NCBI GenBank assembly: GCA_900234795.1
Contig: LT962688.1
Span: forward strand, 1,950,001-1,982,000
Reading direction: 5' to 3'
Length of the DNA: 32,000 bases
DNA from: Methylorubrum extorquens
Lineage (GTDB): Bacteria; Pseudomonadota; Alphaproteobacteria; Rhizobiales; Beijerinckiaceae
Shown: positions 8,885 through 17,700 of the stretch, piece after piece
How the letters are laid out: each line of letters opens with the position of its first letter
Position numbering within the stretch: position 1 is the first letter of the stretch
Translations under genes and position numbers: made by a program
Notes under the pieces: generated by a model
Seen by the model: only the letters and a program-made list of their open reading frames with translations
The model's database searches: none
What the model was told of the DNA's origin: nothing

Positions 8885-9307
8885 CAGGAAGGCTGCCCGG
8901 TCGAGGCGCTGGTCGCCTTGCGCGAGGCGCTCCTTGACCCCGCGGTGTTCCCGGACATCGGCCCAGCCAAGGAGCTCGTCCTCGACGACGACCGCGTGGC
9001 CGGCTTCCGCTTCAGCCGCGCGGAGGGCGAGTTCGTGGCGATCCGTCAGGAGAAGCTGAGCGCGGTGTTGGGCAAGACGACGGCGCCGGCGGTGCTGATC
9101 ACTGCGCTTGAGGAGGCGGGCGTGATCGAGGGTGGGCACGGGGCACGCCGGGGTAAGCAACTCCACGTCCGCCTCATCAGCCGCGCCAACGGCTGCATCG
9201 TGACAAAGCCGCGGTGCCTGGTGATGAAAGCGGACGCGCTTGCCGCCTTCGTCGAGGCGGCGGGCCGGGGTCGTCGCAGCGACGAGGACGCCATCGTGTT
9301 GGCCTGA
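8876..9307 (+). other. unassigned ORF or gene fragment (143 aa)
   Basis: The open frame directly abuts the IS3 fragment. I recognise no motif in it. Codon bias looks coding-like, and a perfect hairpin follows. It may be the 3' part of a gene disrupted by the IS. Confidence 0.3.
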
Positions 9308-9325
9308 CGATCAGGAGCTATGACC

Positions 9326-9360
9326 GTATCCCCCACGGGCTTCGCGTCCGTGGGGGATAC
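9326..9360 (+). terminator. perfect 13-bp stem hairpin (GTATCCCCCACGG-N9-CCGTGGGGGATAC)
   Basis: Seen directly in the sequence, 19 nt after the stop at 9307. There is no downstream T-tract, so the intrinsic-terminator call is tentative. Confidence 0.35.
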
Positions 9361-9460
9361 CAGCACCTGCCTTCTTGCTCCCAGTCTGAACGGCGCTCTG
9401 CACGCCAAGAAGCCAGGGGACGCCGACCTGCACCCGCTTGACCTCAGTGGCCCCGGACGC

Positions 9461-9475
9461 GAACAAACACTGAAC
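9461..9475. promoter_or_regulatory. alphaproteobacterial-type LexA (SOS) box, GAAC-N7-GAAC
   Basis: The site is GAACAAACACTGAAC, 58 nt upstream of the dinB ATG. It matches the direct-repeat GTTC-N7-GTTC / GAAC-N7-GAAC LexA motif described for alphaproteobacteria. Confidence 0.6.
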
Positions 9476-9532
9476 ATACGAGCGTGAGGCGCCTGAGGGC
9501 GTGCGCGCCGGTTCATTTCCGGATCGACGCCG

Positions 9533-10600
9533 ATGCGCAAGATCATCCACATCGACATGGACGCGTTCTACGCCTCCGTCGAGCAGCGCGACGACCCGAG
9601 CCTCCGCCATCGCCCGCTGGCCGTCGGCGGGTCGCGCGAGCGCGGCGTCGTGATGGCGGCAAGCTACGAGGCGAGGGCCTTCGGCGTGCGCTCTGCCATG
9701 CCGTCGGCCACCGCGCGCCGGCTCTGCCCCGATCTCGTGTTCGTGCGCCCGCGCTTCGAGGCCTATAAGGCCGTCTCATCGGAGATCCGCGCCGTGTTCG
9801 AAGAGCACACGCCCATCATCGAGCCGGTTGCGCTCGATGAGGCCTACCTCGACGTCACGGAGAACCTGAAGGGCCTGCCGACCGCGACCGACGTCGCGCG
9901 GGACATTCGCGCCACGATCCTTGCCCGAACCGGGCTCACGGCTTCAGCAGGCGTGTCCTACAACAAATTTTTGGCCAAAGTCGCCTCGGACCATCGCAAG
10001 CCCGACGCGCTGTTCGTCATCACGCCGGCCATGGGCCCCGGCTTCGTGGAAGCCTTGCCTATCGGCCAGTTTCGCGGCGTCGGACCAGCGACCGAGGCGA
10101 AGATGAAGCGGCTGGGCATCCGTACTGGCGCCGATCTGAAAGCACGCTCACTCGACGAGTTGCGGGCGGCCTTCGGCAGTACAGGCGATTACTACTACCG
10201 AGTAGCACGGGGCATCGATGAGCGGCCGGTGCGGGCGAACCGCGAGCGCAAGTCCATCGGCGCGGAGACGACATTCTCCGACGACACGAGCGAGTACGCG
10301 GTGCTAGCCGAGCGCCTTCAGCCTCTCCTCGATAAGGTCTGGGCGGTCGCAACGGCGAAGGCGGTGGTGGCACGCACCGTGACGCTGAAGTTGAAGTTTT
10401 CTGACTTCGCTCAGATCACGCGGGCGCGCTCCCTCACGCAACCGCTCGCGGATCGTGCGATGCTGGAGCAGGTCAGTCTCGGGTTGTTGCGCGACGCGTT
10501 CCCCCTGCGCCGGAGCGTGCGGCTGATCGGGACGGCGCTCTCGTCGCTGCAAGCGCAATCTGGCGAAGGAGGACCGCAGCAACTTGATTTCGCCATGTGA
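9533..10600 (+). CDS. dinB: DNA polymerase IV (Y-family)
   Basis: MRKIIHIDMDAFYASVEQRDDP is the Y-family signature. ..SYEARAFGV.. and ..LDEAYLDVT.. are also present. At 355 aa the size is canonical. Confidence 0.9.
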   Translation: MRKIIHIDMDAFYASVEQRDDPSLRHRPLAVGGSRERGVVMAASYEARAFGVRSAMPSATARRLCPDLVFVRPRFEAYKAVSSEIRAVFEEHTPIIEPVALDEAYLDVTENLKGLPTATDVARDIRATILARTGLTASAGVSYNKFLAKVASDHRKPDALFVITPAMGPGFVEALPIGQFRGVGPATEAKMKRLGIRTGADLKARSLDELRAAFGSTGDYYYRVARGIDERPVRANRERKSIGAETTFSDDTSEYAVLAERLQPLLDKVWAVATAKAVVARTVTLKLKFSDFAQITRARSLTQPLADRAMLEQVSLGLLRDAFPLRRSVRLIGTALSSLQAQSGEGGPQQLDFAM

Positions 10601-11082
10601 TGAGGCGGCCAGCCATTGTCGCAAACCCTGAGGCACCCCTTCGTCCACCGCGAGCCACCTCCTGCATCGATCCGTCTGACAAGGGGACCTCGCCGCAGCC
10701 CTTCCCCACATGATGGGTGCGAGGTGCGACTCAGACCGATCTGCTGGCCTGACGCGATGGCCGTCATTCGAGGGCGAGCCGCTTCTTCGAACCCTGATGG
10801 CAGAGCCAGACCTAGTTTCCGTCAGTTCGTGCGAGGCCGAACTTTGGCTCGGAGCGTGATACGCGTCAGCTCGGACGGAGGACCTAATCGGAGGGCGAAG
10901 CCTGGCCACAGCGCCGTGCTGTTGTTGACGTAGAGCGTCATCCCACCGAAAGCGGACGCGCCCGAGACGAAGCCGCCGTTCCCCCGCAACCGCGCCCAGG
11001 CCGTCGGAGCGGCGTGGGTCGCTCAGCGGCAGCGCCGCCGCGGCTTCCGAACCCCCCTTCCCTTTCTTCTCAAAGGGTTGCC

Positions 11083-11442
11083 ATGACCGACATCATCGAT
11101 GTGGGGCGCGTCGCTGCGCTCAAGATGATGAAGGGAATCATACCGACCACTGCGCTGAACGACCCAGCGCGGCCGGGGTACTTCGTGCCATTGAAGGGCA
11201 TCGCGGCGATACGGCGGATGGACCCACAGGGTACGGTTCGCACGCAACGGTCCGGGGTATCCCGGACGCTACACCAACTCAGCCAGAGGCAGCGGCGAGC
11301 CCTGACGGGGCTGCCGGAGAACGCGTTGCGCGCGGGCGCGACGAACTTCCATGAGCTGTTCGACGACCGCTACTATGAATGGTCGCAGCAAGACCAGAAC
11401 CGGCGTCGGACCGAGGAGCTGCTGAAGACACTGGTGATCTGA
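11083..11442 (+). CDS. hypothetical protein (119 aa), no recognisable family
   Basis: ATG at 11083; the track start at 11014 is a GTG. There are no TM segments, and the C-terminal half is basic. It is convergent with the giant gene. Evidence is the open frame only. Confidence 0.4.
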   Translation: MTDIIDVGRVAALKMMKGIIPTTALNDPARPGYFVPLKGIAAIRRMDPQGTVRTQRSGVSRTLHQLSQRQRRALTGLPENALRAGATNFHELFDDRYYEWSQQDQNRRRTEELLKTLVI

Positions 11443-11713
11443 GAGTGGGTTCAGGCCCGGATGAAGAAACGGAGCGACCGACCCTGGAAACAGAAGGGCC
11501 GGCTGCTTTTGTGAGTTGAGGCAACGAATTACAGGAAGCGTCGTGAGCCGGCCACTGTCCGCAGCGATTCTTGGCGTGAACCTGCAATTGTACGGGAGGT
11601 TATGTCCCTTATAGTCTATAACCAAACGATCCTGGATGCGGAGCGAAGTGCCTTCGGTGCCTCAATCCGCATGCTGAATCGCTAACCGAAATGTTACTTC
11701 AAAGCCTCCACGT

Positions 11714-14700
11714 TCATCCAATGATCCCGGCGCCGAAGCTGGAGTCGTTCTGTGGTAAGCGGCCCTCATAGAGACCGTACTGCAGGTAGTGGAGCATCGG
11801 ATTGAGGCCAGCGGCCTGAACGTCCTGGTTGGCCGCCAGATACGCCGTCGTGTCGAAGTCAATCGACGGATCGCGGCCCTCACGGGCGCCGTACTGGATG
11901 TAGTGCGTCAGCGGATTGATGCCGGCCGTCTGAACATCGGCGTAGGCGTCGAGATAGCCGTCGGTGTCGAACACCGCATTCGGGTCACGGCCCTCGGCAA
12001 TCCCGTACCTGCTGTAGTGGTTGAGCGCGAAAGCGAAGCTGTCGCCGCCGGCCGCGATCGCCGCCTCAGCCACGTCCAGATTGCCGAGCAGGTAGAATTC
12101 CGCGTCGAAGCCCTGCGCGGCGCTGAGATCCGCCACACGGCCGACCGCTTCGTCGGCGCTGCGGCCCTCGCCTTGACCGTACTCCAAGTAGTGACGCAGC
12201 GGGTTGAGGCCGGCCGCTTTCACATCCGGATTGGCGGCATAGTAGGCTTCGTTGTCGAAATTCACGCCGGGATCGCGGCCCTCGCGGAAGCCGTACTGTT
12301 CGTAGTGGGACAGGGGGTTGAGGCCGGCGGCCTGCACGTCCGGGTTTGCCGCGAGATAGCCCTTCGTCGAGAAGAAGGCGTTGGGATCGCGCCCCTCGCG
12401 GAAGCCGTACTCGGCATAGTGCGTGTCGGCATCAATGCCCGCCGCGGCCACGTCGCCGTAGCGGCTGAAGTAAAACAGGTCGTCCACCAGCGGTGAGCCA
12501 TCGGCGGTGTCGATGGTGCGGTCGCTGAATTGATACACTTCGATGCCGCGGAAGGTGTCGCTCCCGTCGGGTCCGGTGATCACCGTGGCGCCGTCGGCCG
12601 CAACGCTGACGAGGGCCGCACCGAAGGCGAAGTTGAGGATCGCCCGATCCGTTCCGCCGCCACCGTTGAAGCTGTCATTTCTGGCGGTGCCCGTGAACGT
12701 GTTGTTCTCAACGCCGCCAACGAAGATCGCGCCGACCGGGCTCGGTTGGCTGGTTCCGGGCCCGTCCGTCCCCGGCGGGTTCATCGGGGGCTGACCGGTA
12801 ACGGGGTCGTGCGGGCCGTCGTCCGGCCTATAATCGTCCTCGTCGTCATGATCGCCGTGATGATCGTCTTCGTAATCCGCTTCGATAAGGTCGTCGTCAT
12901 CGTCGTGCTTCCGGCCGGATCCGAAATGCGGCAGGCCGCCCGGACTGGTGAAGCAGATGCTGTCATCCCCCCTGGTCATCATGGTGACGCCGTTCGTCGC
13001 ATCGGTCCTGATCTCGTACTCGGCCGATGTCGCACCGTCCGGCAGTTCGATAATGTCCTGCGGGCGCAGGTTGCCGACGAGCGTGTCGTTGCCGCCGTTC
13101 GACCGGAAGACGACGCGGTGGGCCGACGAGAGCGCGGTGATATCGACCGTGTCGTCGCCCTCGGAGCCTTCCAGCGTGATCGTGCTGGTCAGGAGGCTGG
13201 TGCCGGTGAAATCACCGATCGGCACGAAGAGGTCGCCGCCGCCGCGGCCGTTGATCACGATCTCCTCGATGTTGTCGAGTTCGGCCACGACCGAGGCACT
13301 AGTGGTGCCGTTGCGAGTGATGACGATTTCGGTGTTGGCGTTGAGATCGGCGATCCCGACCTCCAGCGCGGCGGCCCGCGTGTAGATCCGGAACGTCTCG
13401 GCCGTGGTGTCGCCGATGACCTTCATCGTGTCGACGCTGCCTGCGATGTTCGTGGCGGTGGTGTCGCCATTGACCAGATCGCGGCCGTCACCCGCCGTCC
13501 AGTAGATCGTGTCGCCGCCAGCATCGCCCCTGATGGTGTCGTTGCCCTGGCCACCGACGAGATGGTCGCTGGCCGCGCCTCCGTTGAGCGCGTCGTTCCC
13601 GGCAAAGCCGAACACCGCCTGCGATCCGGCCGCGCCGCTGGCCCCGTTCAGGCCGGTATTGTTGCCGGTGGTGCCCGCCACCACCGTGTAGTTGGCGCCT
13701 GCGAAACGCAGCGTCTCGATCGTGCTGAGGGTATCCGTCCCCTCGGCTCCGGTCAGGTCCGTCACGACCAGATTGGTGCCGCTGGAGCCGAGGGCGAAGT
13801 TGGCCACGGGACCGGCGAAGACCGCCACGTCGGTGCCCGTGCCGCCGTCCAGGCGATCGTCACCAGCGCCACCGTTCAAGGTGTCGTTGCCCCCGGCCCC
13901 ATTGAGGATGTCGTTGCCGGCATTGCCGTTCAGCGTGTCGTTGGCGCCCAGGCCGAAGAACCCGCTCGTCCCGTCGGCGATGTCGTCGCCCTGCGTCCCG
14001 TTGAAGGTGTTGGCCACGAACGGGATGGCATCCCAGTTGTCGCCGACGATGCCGGTCGGCGCGGAGAAGAGCACCTCCTGATGCCCGGCCCCGTCCGTGA
14101 AGCCGACACGGACCCTGAGGATCTCGCCGACTTGGCTGCCGACACCGAGGACGCCGTCGTTGGGCGTGAAGGCGTTCCCGGTCGCGCTGACCTGAAGGTC
14201 GCGCCAAGTCGTGCCGCCGTTGGCCGAAGCCTGCCACTGGTAGCTGAACGCGCCCAGCCCGTTCACGTCCTGGATTGCGCTCGTATCGACCGTCAGCGGA
14301 AGGCCTTCCGTCGGCGAAACCCGGCCATTGGTCGGCGTCGCATCGACGATGACGGGCACGCCCGTGGCTGGGAAAGGCAGCTGGTTGAGGAAGTACTCGA
14401 CCGTGCCGCCGTTGCCGTCGGAGAAGCGCAGCTTCTCGATGTTGGACAGCCGGTCGATGCCGTCGGAGTTGGCGTCGGGCTCGGCTTCACCCTCCGGCGT
14501 TTCGCCGGCCGGGTCGTCCTCCGGAGTCGGATCGACAGTCGCGGCCACCCGGTGCGCGACGGTGATGCTGCCGTCGGCGTTTTGGGTGAAGTCGTAATTC
14601 GCCAGCACGTCGCGATAGACGGCGATATCGACGGCACTGTTCGACGCGTCGCCGTCCACGATTTCGCGAACGATGGCGAGCTGCCCGGGATTGATCGTGC

Positions 14701-17700
14701 GATTGAACATCAGGTCAGTGAGCGGCCGGCCGCCGAACTGGGGCACCGCATTCGGCGCCGGAGCGCCGTTCACGTACTCGGCTTCAAGATAGACCTGACC
14801 GGCCATCTCATCGACCGTGTATGCGATCCCCTCCTCGACGAAGCGGATGCGCACGTTGAGCCAGCGGTCGCCGTCGATGATATCGTTGCCGGCCAGGCCC
14901 GTGATGACGTCACTGCCGCCGCCGCCCAGGAGGATGTCCGAGGCATCGGCCGTGGAGAAGACCACGCGCTCCTGCACGCCGTTCTCGTCCAGGATTGGCA
15001 CCGTCTGGCCGTTGACGACCCGCGTCACCGGGACGCCGGCGCCGAGATGAGCGACCAGCGGGGCGAGACCGCTGATGAGGGCGACGTTCTTGGCCAGCAG
15101 GTCGTTGGAGTAGGAGTCGAGCGGCGCGTTCGGGCCGGGGATGGCCGCCGTGCCCTCGAGCTCGGCACGGGTGTTCACGGCAGTGATGCGCCCGGTGAGG
15201 ACGTCGTCCTGCTTCCAGCCCGAGAGGCCCTCGACCAGATCGAAGCGGTCGCGCAGGATGAAGGCTTCCTGCGTCGCGAAGATTGGGATGCCGAGATTCG
15301 AGTTGGCGGCTTGGCTGTCGCCCTTGTGGACGGCCCAGTCGAAGCCGGCCATGCCGTTGCTGCGCTGAATGCCCTCGCTGTTCTGGAACATGATGTCGTC
15401 GCCCGACTCACCGTCGTAGTCGGTGTCGCCGCTGCCGCCGTTCAGGACATCGTGGCCGATGATCGTCGAGTTGAAGAACAGCTCGGAATTCTCTCCCGAT
15501 AGGCTGTCGAAGCGTTGGCCGCCCTCGAGCCAGTCGTCGCCCTCGTTGCCCAGAAGCACGTCGCCGCCGCTTCCGCCGAGGACGAAGTCGTCGCCGGTCC
15601 CGGCGAAGGCTTCCTTGCCGTCGGGGCCCGTCACGATGAAATCGTTGCCCTGGTTGCCGAAGAGCAGCGACAGGCCCGAGCCGCCGTGGATGACGTCGTT
15701 GCCTTCGTTGCCGTGCAGGAAGTCCGCCTCGCCGATATCCGTGCCGGCATTGGTGATGATGTCGTCGCCTGCCCCGCCGAAAACCTTGTCGACGCCGTAG
15801 CCGGCCTCGATCCGGTCATCGCCCGCCTTGCCCCAGATCGCATCGTCGCCGCCGCCGGACACGATGATGTCGTTGCCCTCCGTGCCGCCGATCGTGAAAT
15901 GCTCGTTGCTGTTCACGCGGATCGACTCGGCGATCCCGTCGCCGTTGGCATCGACGCGCTCGATCAGCTTGGAGAAGCCGCCCAGGAACGGATCGTCCGA
16001 AACCGGATCGGCGCCCAGTTGCTTGCTGATGTCCAGTTCCAGGGTCGGCATCTGGAAGGCCGAGAACAGGTTGCCAGGCAGCGCCGTCGAATGCGCGTCG
16101 CCGAGATCGGTGTTGCGCATTACGAGTTCGGCGAACGTGTTGTTCTCCAGCTCGTTGAGCAGATTCAGCCCTTGCGTGCGCGACAGGTAGTAGAACCGGT
16201 CGGCATCCTGCAGGTTCTCCATCGTCATCTGGAAGACGAAGCTGAACGTCGAGCCCAGCATGCCGCCGAACGCCATCTTCTTCTCGGCAAGCCCCCCCAT
16301 CCAGAAATCGACCGTGTTCAGACCGCCGAGGCTGCCGTCGCCGCCATAGGCACCAGTATGATTGAGGAAGTCGAGCCGGTCGGCGTCGAAGGCGGCTTTG
16401 GCATCGTCCGTCAGGGTGGAGTCGCCGAGCACGAGCTTGGTTGCGGCTGCGCGCAAGTCGGCGACCGTGCGCGGAGCATCGGCCGTGTTCAGCACCGAGG
16501 CGTGGTTCCCGTAGGCCGCGATGAAGTTGATGATCGAGGCCGGATTCTTGAGGTTGAGCGCGAAATCGGCCCAGCTCTCATAGGGCTTGAGCAGCGTATC
16601 GCCGGTCTCCTCGAAGAACCGCTCGCGGGCCACGTTCAGCGTCGGGGTGCCAACATCGCGACCGCGCGCGAGATTGATGGTGGCCAGATCCAGCGGGATT
16701 CCGAGGAGCTGATTGCGCAGGACGTCGGTGACAAACTCGTCGATCTCGCTGCCGGTCTGGCGGCTCATGCCCCGGATGATCGCCCCCGAGGCGGCTTCGG
16801 CATCGCCGAGCGAGTCGTACATGATCGGGTTGAGGAAGCCGTCGAACAGGCTGATGTCGTTCTGAACCGGCTTGCCGTCCGCATCTATTCCGATGACGGC
16901 AATGTCCTGCCGCAGCATTGAGTGACCGAAGCGGTAGACGACGTGCGCAAACTCCGCCGCGATGCTCGGATTGATGTCGGCCGAGGGCTCGAACACGAAG
17001 GCGTCGATGTCGGGCTGCATCATGCGGCCGAACTCTTCGAACACGAGATGTTGGTACTCCATCTCGTTGGTGAAGCGCCCGGCCTGGAACAGGCGCTCAC
17101 CGTCCCACACCAGCGCCGCCCGTTCGGCCTCGGTGGTCGGCATGGCCTCGACATCGACCAGCAGCCACTGGTTGAGGAAGGCGAGATCGCCGGAATCGAG
17201 CGCGATCTGCTTCGTCATTTCGACGACGCGATTGTGCTCGGAATGGAACACTTGGTGGACGGCGGTCAGCGCGATGTTTTCGTTGGCGCGGCCATCGCCG
17301 GCGACGAAATGCCGATCGAGCAGTTCGTTGTCGTAGGCGGTGGCGCCCCGCGGGCCCTGAGGACCGGGCGTTCCGTCGGCATTGGCATAGCCGAGCGCCG
17401 CATCGCCGTCCGCCTGAAGCACGCCGCCGGCAATGACAGGCACGGCCGCATGGGCGATGTCGTCGAGGAAGGCGTGTCCGGTCAGGACCACGCCCTGTGC
17501 GCTGACCGGTGCCGTGGGATTGCCCTCGCGCAGCACGTCGTCGGCCGTGCCGAGCAGACCGTCGGGGCCCATGCCCACGACGAGTTGCGGATATCCGTTA
17601 GGGCCCGGGATGAAGTTGCCGTAGGGATCTGCCGCGACCAGCGGGATATTGCCGACGTTGAGGTCGGTCAACTCGATGCCGAGGACGGTCTTCGCCTGCG

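Noticed and set aside
8294-9166. 290-aa minus-strand ORF taken as an intact gene
   Set aside because: Only the last ~100-115 codons resemble an amine-oxidase C-terminus. The upstream part is antisense to the IS3 orfA fragment and reads as low-complexity sequence.
10601-11082. Possible gene or RNA in the 480-bp gap after dinB (ORFs 10616..10933 plus strand, 10304..10909 minus strand; a GGTTCGAA T-loop-like string near 10785 on the minus strand)
   Set aside because: The ORF products are low-complexity or antisense to dinB. The T-loop-like string has no complementary flanking arms and no cloverleaf. A short peptide-like stretch (GNGGFVSGASAFGGMTLYVNN, minus strand ~10920-10980) may be a gene relic, but it is too short to call.
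11633-11674. Bidirectional intrinsic terminator between the 119-aa ORF and the giant gene
   Set aside because: ATGCGGA/TCCGCAT arms with an inner CGAAG-TGC-CTTCG hairpin are present. The stem is short and interrupted, and there is no U-tract on either strand, so this is too weak to list as a feature.
13463-15892. Periodic DNA repeats considered as a CRISPR array or satellite
   Set aside because: The periodicity is 27 nt and imperfect. It corresponds to RTX GGxGxDxUx nonapeptides inside an open reading frame. There are no identical repeats separated by unique spacers.
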